NCBI RefSeq assembly: GCF_006345805.1 | Contig: NC_042997.1 | Coordinates: 41,354,001 to 41,418,000, forward strand | From: Octopus sinensis | Taxonomy: Eukaryota | Direction of reading: 5' to 3' | Length of the DNA: 64,000 bases | Shown: positions 55,401 through 64,000 of the stretch, in pieces | Position numbering within the stretch: position 1 is the stretch's first letter | Layout of the letters: every line of letters begins with the position of its first letter | Position numbers and translations under genes: made by a program | Notes under the pieces: model-generated | The model's database searches: none | What the model saw: the letters and a program-made list of their open reading frames with translations, nothing else | Told to the model about the DNA's origin: nothing

Positions 55401-55871
55401 ACAAACACAATACATATATGAGGGGCTCTTGTATCAGTTTCTATCTTCTAAACCAGTTGACAAGACTTTGGTCAGCTCAGGGCCATATTAGAAGATATTT
55501 TCTTGAGTTCCCTTACATTAGGAATCACCATGGTTAGAAATGAATCTTTTTAACCACAAATCCATGGCTGTGCCCATAAACCAATTATAGGAATCAGATA
55601 AAAGTTGACTGAAGGAGGAAAAATCTTAATTAACACCTGAAATAAATCATTTAAGTTTTCACTAAAATATCAAACAAATAACAAGTCCTACCTCTGCTTT
55701 TACTGATTCCAAACACCGTTTCTAGATGATGCCTAAAAGCTCTGATTACATCCTTCTGTTCATCAATCAAACAAATATGTTTTATTTTAGAATTTGAGTA
55801 AGCATCAAGATAAATCTTTATAGTTGTTACTATACATTCAGTTCCTTCTTCTATGGGTATACCAAAAGTAC
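13845..55871 (-). CDS. PARP14: Spliced PARP14/PARP15-like macro-PARP gene (macrodomains-KH-like-WWE-PARP catalytic), 5'-incomplete in window; possibly partly pseudogenised
   Basis: 14 GT-AG exons with matching phases (except the frameshifted exon at 50745-50961). Motifs: VDVIINST..AAGPEIQVEC and SLAFPILGAG (macro), VQWSYFD..LEKAY (WWE), [32 protein letters not shown] (PARP). Orthology to PARP14 versus a lineage-specific paralogue is not established. Confidence 0.9.
14870..15500 (+). mobile_element. mariner (Tc1/mariner) transposase remnant
   Basis: FGKDVANE, LKQIGKVNKLDKWVTHKL, IVTCDEKWIL, WWSSAGVIHY; frameshifted. Confidence 0.85.
16241..16418 (-). CDS. PARP catalytic exon with triad His (IERIQNKTLY...LWHGT...[10 protein letters not shown])
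   Basis: ttctacag / gtaagt, 178 bp. Confidence 0.95.
17135..17268 (-). CDS. macro-PARP exon: start of PARP catalytic domain (ELIPNTWSTM...GPEYDDIKATF)
   Basis: ctctag / gtttgt, 134 bp, phase 1/0; P-x-x-W and EY motifs. Confidence 0.9.
17689..18058 (-). CDS. macro-PARP exon: KH-like segment (ITIYGRHSHVKDAKISVQSLL) plus WWE domain
   Basis: ttttcag / gtacgt, 370 bp, open frame; VQWSYFD...FSDKENAKLEKAY...YDFQKM. Confidence 0.9.
18430..19600 (+). mobile_element. Dong/R4-like non-LTR 3' fragment
   Basis: DHLISGC, YKSRHD, ILWDFPV, ANKPEIIV, LLIDVSV, PVIVGALG. Confidence 0.88.
19640..20600 (+). mobile_element. second Dong/R4-like 3' fragment
   Basis: LHGRF, ETESLLVAAQ, CRLCK..SVTHIVSEC. Confidence 0.85.
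20622..21700 (-). mobile_element. RTE LINE endonuclease fragment joined to an RTE 3' tail
   Basis: IISAYSPQ, AGDFNGHVG, QHRLVVSD; catcatcgtttaa tail. Confidence 0.85.
22349..23428 (+). mobile_element. internally deleted piggyBac element (PGBD4-like N-terminus, ORF 22627-23019)
   Basis: TTAA at 22345-22348 and 23429-23432; 12-bp TIR CCCTTTCGTTAC/GTAACGAAAGGG; LDYFFLLF..EIITAETNRYA. Confidence 0.93.
23829..28562 (-). mobile_element. decayed full-length Ty3/Gypsy LTR retrotransposon
   Basis: TG...CA LTRs at 23829-24095 and 28307-28562; 5-bp TSD AATAT; PPT next to 24095; RT (PYLDKILI, IKYLG), RNase H and integrase (SNGQIERFV) remnants. Confidence 0.92.
28688..28869 (-). CDS. macro-PARP exon: acidic linker and start of KH-like region (DDEDEEIEDNVFAGQKDVGVTLKFLAK...TEPR)
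   Basis: tctatttcag / gtaagt, 182 bp, phase 1/0 fits both neighbours. Confidence 0.82.
29690..30790 (-). mobile_element. RTE LINE 3' fragments
   Basis: YGHVMHVDKDSCVKRC, GRGRLRKTW, LEVADCFCSLG. Confidence 0.75.
31090..31298 (+). mobile_element. tRNA-derived SINE (same family as 12158-12371)
   Basis: direct sequence similarity. Confidence 0.88.
32200..33560 (-). mobile_element. BovB-like RTE 5' region and endonuclease remnant
   Basis: DKLIILGYFNA, NSNGLQL..FAEHNLLITN, STDHKLIRAKL. Confidence 0.75.
34100..34154 (-). CDS. macro module copy 2, exon D (KFDEYFQGNTTGSSAASS)
   Basis: ctaacag / gtaaat, 55 bp, phase 0/1. Confidence 0.82.
35475..36595 (+). mobile_element. decayed RTE 5'/endonuclease fragment
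   Basis: CCLQEVRWRG, GVGGVVILLAEKWVD. Confidence 0.75.
36699..36926 (-). CDS. macro module copy 2, exon C (ILANMTQIITTCLETAERMGAKSLAFPILGAGTLKYP...IKDVYFMVYPQDTEIVK)
   Basis: ttttag / gttggt, 228 bp, intact; SLAFP motif. Confidence 0.92.
37055..39835 (+). mobile_element. 5'-truncated R2/Hero-like RLE non-LTR retrotransposon with 7-bp TSD ACATATT
   Basis: SAPGGDG, FRPISLLNVEGK, GCTIS, AFMDD, CKCGKVGTLKHILSNC, WRHN, KPD..ELTVP; TSD at 37048-37054 and 39836-39842. Confidence 0.9.
40330..40540 (-). mobile_element. small mariner-like fragment present only in module copy 2
   Basis: HMVMDDRQLITNQIA..SI..ETV (HTH-like region); absent from copy 1. Confidence 0.5.
40777..41004 (-). CDS. macro module copy 2, exon B (VDVIINSTNKHLQLNIGAISKYILLAAGPEIQVEC...)
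   Basis: tttgtag / gtaagt, 228 bp, macrodomain core. Confidence 0.92.
41283..41419 (-). CDS. macro module copy 2, exon A (...PGIKINLMIDSISNAS)
   Basis: ttttcag / gtgagt, 137 bp, open frame. Confidence 0.87.
41469..42918 (-). mobile_element. RTE LINE 3' fragment with ~55-bp 3' UTR repeats and (ATG)n tail
   Basis: KGRLYDAC.RTAMLHGSETW, RRLRWYGHV. Confidence 0.9.
43735..44245. repeat. tandem array of a 115-bp SINE-related unit (~4.4 copies)
   Basis: ggccttgtgc recurs at 43741, 43856, 43971, 44086 and 44201. Confidence 0.92.
45410..45464 (-). CDS. macro module copy 1, exon D (RFKEYFQQMSVDGSDVSS)
   Basis: ttaacag / gtaaat, 55 bp, paralogous to 34100-34154. Confidence 0.8.
46540..47600 (-). mobile_element. 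mariner transposase remnant
   Basis: FHQDNVWPHTA, PHPPYSSDIAPSDY, WFHKF..G.YSLED.P.SGR. Confidence 0.88.
47660..49915 (+). mobile_element. decayed RTE LINE (RT to 3' tail)
   Basis: QFGFVPGKSTTDAIF, VDMEKAFDRV, RRLHWYGHV, (GAT)n tail. Confidence 0.88.
50745..50961 (-). pseudogene. macro module copy 1, exon C, frameshifted by an 11-nt deletion
   Basis: ILANLTQIITICLKNTEGMGVKSIAFPILGAGTLKYP...; 217 bp versus 228 bp for its paralogue 36699-36926. Confidence 0.85.
51779..52006 (-). CDS. macro module copy 1, exon B (VDVIINSTNEHLCLDIGVISKYILLAAGPEIQVEC...NLNCKNVFHLVLPPW)
   Basis: tttgtag / gtaagt, 228 bp, core macrodomain motifs. Confidence 0.92.
52268..52404 (-). CDS. macro module copy 1, exon A (linker plus macrodomain start, ...ADIKIQLLIDSISNAS)
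   Basis: ttttcag / gtgagt, 137 bp, open frame, paralogous to 41283-41419. Confidence 0.85.
53310..54980 (-). mobile_element. decayed RTE LINE 3' half
   Basis: same family as 61945-64000. Confidence 0.85.
55692..55871 (-). CDS. macro-PARP exon: C-terminal half of a macrodomain (GTFGIPIEEGTECIVTTIKIYLDAYSNSKIKHICLIDEQKDVIRAF...)
   Basis: ttacag acceptor, gtagga donor, 180 bp, phase 1/1; GxFGxP loop and I-x-H-I-x-L-I-D strand typical of a macrodomain end. Confidence 0.85.
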
Positions 55872-56482
55872 CTGTAATAAATAAAGTATACAACATATTT
55901 AATCCAACAATTGTTCTTACTCAAAATATATATAATTAACCTGTGATATAATTTCAGTAATTTATCAGCTGCAATGCCAAGAAACAATACAATTCCATCA
56001 TTTAGAAGATTCTTTAATAGACAGGGGGCAAATTTCTAGGTGCAATACCATGGCCATTCATGACCGAGGTGGGGTGGGGTGGGGGTCTTTAGCCCCCATT
56101 AATATATAATGGTATTTAATAAGAACTTTGTTTCTCTCTTGTTGAACACATTTCTTTTCTTTCTTGTTTGTTCAGTTAAATAATAATAATAATAATGATA
56201 ATAATAATAATAACAATAATAATAATAATAATAATAATCGTTTTAATGTTTCCTTTTCCATGTTTCAGGTGGAATTGGTTGAGGCAAATTTTCTATGTCT
56301 AGGTGACATTCCTATCACCCACCCCCACACCAAGGAAGCTAATATTGCCCCATGGCCAGACATGTTTTCATTGTAGACTGCAAATGGATGACACTGCTTG
56401 TATGATGGTGATCCTTGTTTACAAATATCATGTGATTAAAAGACAAACAGGTACTAACACAGTCACACACACACCCACCCAC

Positions 56483-56537
<55 letters not shown>

Positions 56538-58059
56538 GTGACAATTAGTTGGTTGTCATAATAAAACTCAGAGTTCTGTATGTCAGGGCTTAAATCTGCT
56601 CTGGCATCTCATCAGTTATTAAGACAAAACAAAAATGCTATGAAAAAAACTGTTGAAGAAAGGAAAATTACTCTAATAAGCATAGGGAAAGTAAAACTTT
56701 TTCTCAGAATCTGCATATGCACACACACATATATATATATATATATATACATACAGTTGTGCACACACACACGAACACGTGTGTGTGTGTATATATATGT
56801 AGTGAATCTTGCATGCATGAAGTAGATTTGATCCACCATAGCCAAATTTAAATTAACACTATTACAGAACTCTTCCCACGATGGAACAATGGTGTTTCTC
56901 TGACAGCAGTTTTACATTTTTCTGATGCCTTTAGCTAGGCCGAAATAATGTCTTCACCGCTTGACCCTTTCTAACCTCTTCTACTTCAGCAAAAGCTAGA
57001 ATAGAGATAACAAGACCACCAACTGAATCTGTTGTTCTCAATGATATATCTATCCTTCTGGATCTTTATAAAGCAAGCATACCCCAAGCAAAAGTGAGTT
57101 CATCACAGTCATGACGACTTAACGGAGTTAGTCACGGTTGGTGACGATTCAACGTGGTCTGGCTGACCAACGTTGGTCAGAGGGAGAAAGCAACTGTGAG
57201 ACAACACCCTACAATTCTCTCTAGCTCTAATTCTGTCCCTTACAATGTCATTCTATCTCTCTGTAATTACTACTACTAAACAATGAAGAGGACACATAGA
57301 CAAACTTTACTTCACATGCCTTTGGATCTATCACAACATGCCCGTCGAGGCAAGTTATTTTAACGTAACAGTAAATAAACATTTCCTCTAAACTTCATGC
57401 AGTGTCTATCTTTCACATCCTACAGTATGCTGTCATAACAACAAATAATCATCGTCGCAACTGCTGACTCTGACAATTTCAATATCAACCAAACTAAATC
57501 CGTTACATATATATATAGTCAGAATTTACAAAAAATAAAAGATGAAGACAGATCTGTAAACAACAAGCAGATGTATTAGTTTAACACTCCGGAAGTGAGA
57601 AAGTCTTTAACGTTTTGAGCCTACGCGCAGAAAGAAACACAGAAATAAACAGGAAGAGAAAATAAAAAATGTTGACTAGCGATCTATCATGGCAAATGCT
57701 AGACAGAGGAGTCACACAGGAAAGCTAGGAAGAATGGGAAATAATAAAGTAGTTGTGATCCCAAAACGAATGTGCTCATATGTGTGAGAATGTGTATGTG
57801 CATGTGGATGAGGGTTGGTGACCTTGACACATGTGTGTGCATGTGTAGATGTATGGATGATGCTGTGGGTTCTGGGAAGTGGTTAGTGCTAGTGTGTGCA
57901 GGGTGGTATGATGTGGTGTTAGGGGGTATGTGGGAGTGGGATGGGATTGGATGAACAGGGAGGGTGGGGTTGGATTGTGTAGGGGTGGGGGTTACAGCGA
58001 AGGGAGAAGGTGGGTTGGAGAGAAGAGAGGAAGTAGGTGTCAGAGCAAGAGGAGAGGTG

Positions 58060-59190
58060 CGTGGGAGGAAATAGATATGAGAGGAAGAGAGGAGGGTTTC
58101 ATGAAGAGGGAAAGAGAGTTGAGCCCATGTGGTGCAAAGGAGCGAAGAGAGAAGGTTAATCCCTGTTCACAGGAAAACGGAAGCCTGGATGGCCCCTGTG
58201 CAACGACATTCTGAACACAGACAGGTGCTGTAAAGAATGACTGGTAGAGCAGAAATGGCATGAGACTGGGGTGTCGTTGCCAAGTCTGATGTCTCGGAGG
58301 TGTTCCGTGAACTGGTCAGCCAAGCGGCTTCCCATTTGACTGATGTACAGAGAAGGACAAAGAGAGCAGGAGATGCAGTAGATGATGTTGCTAAAAGTGC
58401 AGGTGAAGGAGTCAGTGATATATTAGGGTTGATGATGGATGCCTGTGGGGCGGGGATGTTAGAGAGGTAAGGGCAAGTGCAGCCGTGTGGGAAGGAGCCG
58501 GAGAATAGGCCGGGTTGGGTTAGGGCTGTGGACCAAGAAGTCACGTAGGTTGTGGGTTCTTTTGAAGGAGGGGAGAGGTCCATTAAGGAAGATGTGCAAT
58601 GGGTAGGGGTCAGACTGGAGTCGCCAGAAGGCTCGTAGAATGGTGTGTTGGATAGAGTGGTGGGGTGGAAGGTGAGGGTAAACAGGAGACGGCGGGGGAG
58701 AGACTAGACGCACAGTCCACCAAACGTGGTCTGGCAAGGGCAGTGTGGATAGTGGTGAGCGGATATCTACGTAGGAAGAAGTGGCAAGCCATGAGTTGAG
58801 ACTCAGTCTCAAACTCATGGTCGTCACTGCAGAGCCTGTGTAGATGAAGGAATTGAGAATAGGGGATGGAGAGCTTGGTGTGTTTAGGGTGGGAGGAGGA
58901 GAAGTTGAGGTATGAGTGTGAGTCTATGTTTATATTGGAGGTGCTGAGAGTGGTGTGATGAATGCTGACCGTGGAAATAGTGCAGGAGAAGTGGGGGGCA
59001 GGATGGGAAGATTTGACAAAAGAGAGGAAGGCGTCTAGGTATTCGTGGTAGAGTGCACCAATACAGTCATCAAAATATCGACCATATGATGATGATGATA
59101 GTTCAGGAGTGGGACCAGTGCATCTTGAGAATATTTGGGCCTCAAAGTTCCAACAAATAGGTGCACATTGTTCCCATATACATACTGACA
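58060..59190 (-). mobile_element. Penelope-like element remnant (RT C-terminus plus GIY-YIG)
   Basis: GRYFDDCIG, HSYLNFSSSHP..K.SIPYSQ, NIIYCISCSLC..LYI, APHGLN. Confidence 0.85.
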
Positions 59191-59210
59191 CATGCGTGTA
59201 CATATACATA

Positions 59211-59287
<77 letters not shown>

Positions 59288-59439
59288 GTAAACATAAATA
59301 CATATAAAACATGCATACACACACATATTCCAATATAAAGAGTGAAAAATAATATACAGAAAAAATATATAAAGGAATAAAATATAAGAAATGGGAAGAC
59401 ATGAAACGCTTGCATGTGGACATAATATAAAAAGCAGGA

Positions 59440-59725
59440 TCTATCTGTGCTCTGGGGGGACGGGGGGCAAAAACATAACAAATGTTTCGCTATATTTGGA
59501 CATGACCCAAAAAGTTCAGTTCTTGAATTTAGACATGTAGTAGGGTCTAAAGAACTTTTCCAAACGAGCCATCTTTCCATATCGCAAAGACTGCACTTTC
59601 CACTGCCATTAGTGTAAGGCTTACATTTGGCCAAGATCTTCCAGTGGATCTTCTAACTGACACCTTTTTCTTTTAAGGACCATATATAACTGGATTAATT
59701 GGTTGTTTTCCTTTTATCCCAGTGT
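59440..59725 (-). mobile_element. second Penelope-like GIY-YIG C-terminal fragment
   Basis: KPYTNGSGKCSLCDMER..CLNSRTELFGSCP. Confidence 0.7.
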
Positions 59726-59729
59726 CTGA

Positions 59730-61105
59730 AGCTTAAGGTCTGATTGCCAGAGTGGCTATCCGGGCATTTGAGGGCATAACTGAGAGGGCCACTATAAAAT
59801 GCAGTGGTCCCAAGACAGTGCCCTGTGGAAAACCGCTCACTATTTGTGTGTTCATAGAGGTGGCTCCATTAGCCACTACTGCCTGACTCCTATCTTTCAG
59901 GAAGTCATGTAACCACTCTCCAAGTTTTCCAGCTATGCCGAAGTCACACAGTTTGTGGCATATCATACCATGATCCACCTTGGCAAAAGCTTTTGCAAAA
60001 TCAAGGTATATTATGTCCCCATTTGATCTGTTAGTAACTGCCTCAACACCTCATCATAATGTTGTAAGAGCTGGGTCAGGCAGCTCCTACCTGGTCGCAA
60101 ACCATGTTGGGTATCACTTAGCAAGTTATTTTTCAAGGAATGTGAATAGTTTCCCTCTGATTATCCTTTCCATGACTTTGCTGATGTGTGAAGTCAGAGA
60201 GATAGGCCTATAGTTTTTGGCATCTGTTCTACTTCCCCTTTTATGTATTGGGCATATTATTCCCTCCTTCAGCTTGCTTGGCAGTTTGCCATTTGTAAGA
60301 AAGCTCTGGAAGAGAATCTTGAGGGGTTTTGCCAGGGCATGCTTACACACTTTGAGGAGGATGGCTGGGAAACCGTCTGGACCAGCAGCTGAGTTTGTGT
60401 CCACTTCATCTATGGCTAGTAGGACATCTTTTTCGCTAATGTCAATACATTCTATTGTAACCGCCTCGCTATTTATAGGTGAGGCGGCAAAGAAGTCCAC
60501 TGGTTCGTTCACTTGTCTGTGTTCCAGCGGGGTGGTAAAGACACTTTTGAACTGGTCATTCAGCATCTCACTGATCATAGTTGGACTGTCTGTGAGGGAG
60601 CCATCCTTTTGGAGGAGGGGTCCTATCTTGTAGTGCACTGAGACTGTTTCTTTCGCGTAATGAAAGAAGGGCTTTGGGTTTGATTTAATGTTTTTTATAA
60701 CCCAGGCTTCTTTGTCTGCTTTCTCCTTCACATAGGATTGTTGTAGCCTTTTTTCGATCTCCATCAGTGTTGTTTTTAGGCGAGACGTTTCGCTACTTTT
60801 GGGATGTTGGTTGAGACGATTTTCAACCTTCGTCTGTCATCTCATGAGGATCTTCCTGTCTCTTGGAATCTTGCTCCTATTTGTTTTGGCCTTGTGCTCT
60901 GGGACATATTTCTGGCATACGGCTTGCACAGAAGACATGAAACAACATTCTAGTTTCATTCAATGTCTGGTGTGGAGAGACATTCCGGCCAGTCCTCTCT
61001 GAGGATCTCTTTTTGGATCGATTTCCAATCTGCTTTGTGGAAGTTCAGATTGGAGAGATTTCGGGTGCTTTCTTTAGGCTGTATATCTCTGGTTACTTTC
61101 GGCCC
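59730..61105 (-). mobile_element. CR1/L2-group LINE ORF2 fragment
   Basis: LNFHKADW, SAAGPDGFP, NYRPISLTS, GFPQGTVLGP. Confidence 0.85.
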
Positions 61106-61175
61106 AATATATGTATTTATATACATATATATATATTTATACATATATATATATTTATACATATGTGAAGCCATA

Positions 61176-61703
61176 ACCCATGGCCCCTACCTGGCACGTA
61201 GTCAGTCCACCTGTGCATACCTTCCTTCTTGTGACACTTGTGAAGACCTGTTGAGGCAAGTGAAAATCAATCAAATCAAATCAAACCAAATCAAAATAGA
61301 TGAACATCAATGGAATTTGTATCCGTGTGGTACCAGTGCCGGTGGCACATAAGAAAACAATCCGAGCGTGACCGTAGCCAGTACCGCATCGACTGGCCTC
61401 CGTGCTGAGGGCACGTAACAAACACCATCCGAGCGTGGCCGTTCGCCAGCCTCGTCTGGCACGTAAAAAACACCATCCGAGCGTGGCCGTCTGCCAGCCT
61501 CGCCTGGCACCTGTGTCGGTGGCACATAAAATCACCCACTACACTCTCGGAGTGGTTGGCGTTAGGAAGAGCATCCAGCTGTAGAAACACTGCCAGATCT
61601 GACTGGCCTGGTGCAGCCTTCGAGCTTGCCAGACCCCAGTTGAACCGTCCAACCCATGCTAGCATGGAAAGTGGACGTTAAACGATGATGATGATGATGA
61701 TGA
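61176..61703 (+). mobile_element. RTE LINE 3' UTR fragment with (GAT)n tail
   Basis: reverse complement of the 3' UTRs starting at 41469 and 61945. Confidence 0.85.
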
Positions 61704-61944
61704 TATTTATACATATATATATATATTTATACATATATATATTTTATATTTATACATATATATATATATTTATACATATATATATATATATATTTATACA
61801 TATATATATATTTATACATATATATATATTTATACATATATATATATATTTATACATATATATATATTTATACAAATATATATATATTTATACATATATA
61901 TATATTTATATATATATATATATTTATTTATTTATATATATATA
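61704..61944. repeat. AT-rich compound microsatellite (TATATATATTTATACA-like units)
   Basis: read directly. Confidence 0.95.
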
Positions 61945-64000
61945 TCATCATCATCGTTTAACGTCCGCTTTCCGCACTAGCATGGGTTGGACGGTTCGAC
62001 TGGGGTCTGGGAAGCCAGGGGCTGCACCAGGCTCCAGTCTGATCTGGCAGTGTTTCTACAGCTGGATGCCCTTCCTAACGCCAATCACTCTGCGAGTGTA
62101 GTGGGTGCTCTTTACATGCCACCTGCACAGGTGCCAGCGGGGGGTCTGGCATCGGCCACGATCGGTTGGAGCTTTTAATGTGCCACCGGCACGGAAGCCA
62201 GCCAAGGCAGCGCTGGCATCGGCCACGTTCGGATGGTGCTTTTTATGTGCCACCGGCACAGAAGCCAGTCGAGGCGGCGCTGGTAACGGCCACATTCGGA
62301 TGGTGCTTTTTATGTGCCACCGGCACAGGTATCACAACTACTATTTCCATTGATATTTGTTTCGATGTTCATGTACATGCACTTGACTCAACAGGTCTCC
62401 TCAAGCACAGCGAGATGGTCTGGGACCCATGGTACTTTCAATGGCCAGGGGCTATTGGAACTGGTGCCGGAAGCATCCCGGGTCTTTGCAGTCACAGCAC
62501 ATCTCCTGAGATCTCGGTCCTTCGCCATTGCCTCAGTGAAGCCCAACGCTCTGAGGTCATGCTTGACTACCTCATCCCATGTCTTCCTGGGTCTACCTCT
62601 CCCCCTGATTCCTTCAACTGTTTGGGAGCGGCACTTCTTCACACATCTCTCCTCATCCATCCGCAGTACATGACCATACCATCGCAAGCGTCGCTCTTGC
62701 ACACCACATCTGATGCTTCTTATGTCTAGCAGTTCTCTCAGGGTGCTTACACTCTGTCGTGTATTAACACTGACATTACACATCCAGCGGATCATGCTAG
62801 CTTCATTTCTTTCAAGTCTACGCATGTCCTCTGCAGTCACGACCCATGTTTCACTACCGTGAAGCATGGCAGTTCGCACACATGCATCATACAATCTACC
62901 TTTCACTCTGAGTGAGAGACCCTTTGTCGCCAGTAGGGGTAGGAGCTTTCTGAACCTTGCCCAGGCTATTCGTATTCTAGTGGTGACACTCTCTTAGCAT
63001 CCACCTCCACTACTAACTTGGTCACCTAGGTAGCGGAAACTATCAACTACTTCTAGTTTCTCCCCCTGGAGTGTGATGGAATCTGTTTTCTGAGTATTTG
63101 TGGTGTCTATTGTCCCTGTGCATCTGCCACACATGAAAACTATCTTATCAGTTAATTTCCCTTTGATGTTGCTGCACCTCTTATGCGTCCATAGCTTACA
63201 TTGGGTGCATCTTATGGAGTTTCTACATACACTTTTCCTACAGATTGAGCGGGGCCACTTGCCCGATGGGGTGTGTGCTGAGTTCGCTTTTCTGCTTACT
63301 ATAACTTTGGTCTTTGCTACATTTACTCTAAGGCCCTTTGATTCTAACCCTTGTTTCCACACCCAAAATTTCTTTTCTAGTTTTGGTAGTGATTCTGATA
63401 TGAGAGCCAGGTCATCAGCATAGAGGAGCTCCCAGGGACAACCTGTTTTGAATTCCTCTGTTGTTGCCTGGAGGACTATGATGAATAAAAGGGGACTGAG
63501 GGCTGAGCCTTGGTGTACACCTACTTCTACCCGGAATTCTTCACTATATTCGTTGCCAATCCTAACCTTGCTGACAGCCTCTCTGTATAGGGCCTGTACA
63601 GCCCTTATTAGCCATTTGTCAATCTCCAGTTTCCACATAGACCACCAGATAAGGGATCAGGGGAACCTGTCAAAGGCTTTCTCCAAGTCCACAAAAGCTA
63701 TGTAGAGGGGTTTATCTTTAGCTAGGTACTTCTCCTGCAGTTGTCGGACCAGGAATATAGCATCAGTGGTGCTTCTACCCGGCACAAAACCGAACTGCAT
63801 CTCATCTAAGCAAATTCTCTCCCTAATGAGATGGGTTATGACCCTCTCTGTGACCTTCATCACCTGATCCAACAGTTTAATATCCCTGTAGTTATTTCTA
63901 TCTAGAGCGTCACCTTTACTCTTGTAGCAGTTGACTATATGGTGCTGCTACGCTAGTCATTGGGTATAGCTCCGTTATGTACTACCTGGTTTACAATGCA
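61945..64000 (-). mobile_element. relatively young RTE LINE (RT with PHD-like insert, to 3' tail); continues beyond the window
   Basis: QFGFVPGRSTTDAIF, VGVHQGSALSPLLF, LLYADD, FRYLG, RRLRWYGHV. Confidence 0.92.

Noticed and set aside
61685-62101. Long low-complexity ORFs (YIYI, CVCV, LSIY; also 58610-59634 and 3284-3714)
   Set aside because: Translation of microsatellites, which lack stop codons.
55872-64000. Upstream PARP exons (first half of the macrodomain ending at 55692-55871)
   Set aside because: No convincing minus-strand exon found by eye; probably outside the window.

Overview
This is eukaryotic, AT-rich, microsatellite- and transposon-dense DNA. The repeat families (tRNA-derived SINE, RTE LINEs with (CAT)n tails, Dong/R4, Penelope) resemble those of an octopus or other coleoid cephalopod; this is an inference. 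One spliced host gene can be reconstructed on the minus strand from GT-AG exons with consistent phases (55871 down to 13845; the 5' end is probably beyond the window). It is a PARP14/15-like macro-PARP: macrodomains, KH-like segment, WWE, then the ART/PARP catalytic domain. It has two notable anomalies. (i) A four-exon macrodomain module is tandemly duplicated (about 45.4-52.4 kb and 34.1-41.4 kb), and the upstream copy carries an 11-nt frameshifting deletion. (ii) The catalytic domain stops at ...QDSYNIN* and lacks the last ~30 aa that carry the third catalytic-triad residue. The rest is transposable elements and microsatellites: a decayed full-length Ty3/Gypsy with both LTRs and a TSD, a piggyBac derivative with TTAA/TIRs, hAT and mariner remnants, an R2/Hero-type insertion with a TSD, and many LINE and SINE fragments. 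No prokaryotic features, CRISPR arrays or rRNA genes were found. All calls were made by eye, without database searches.
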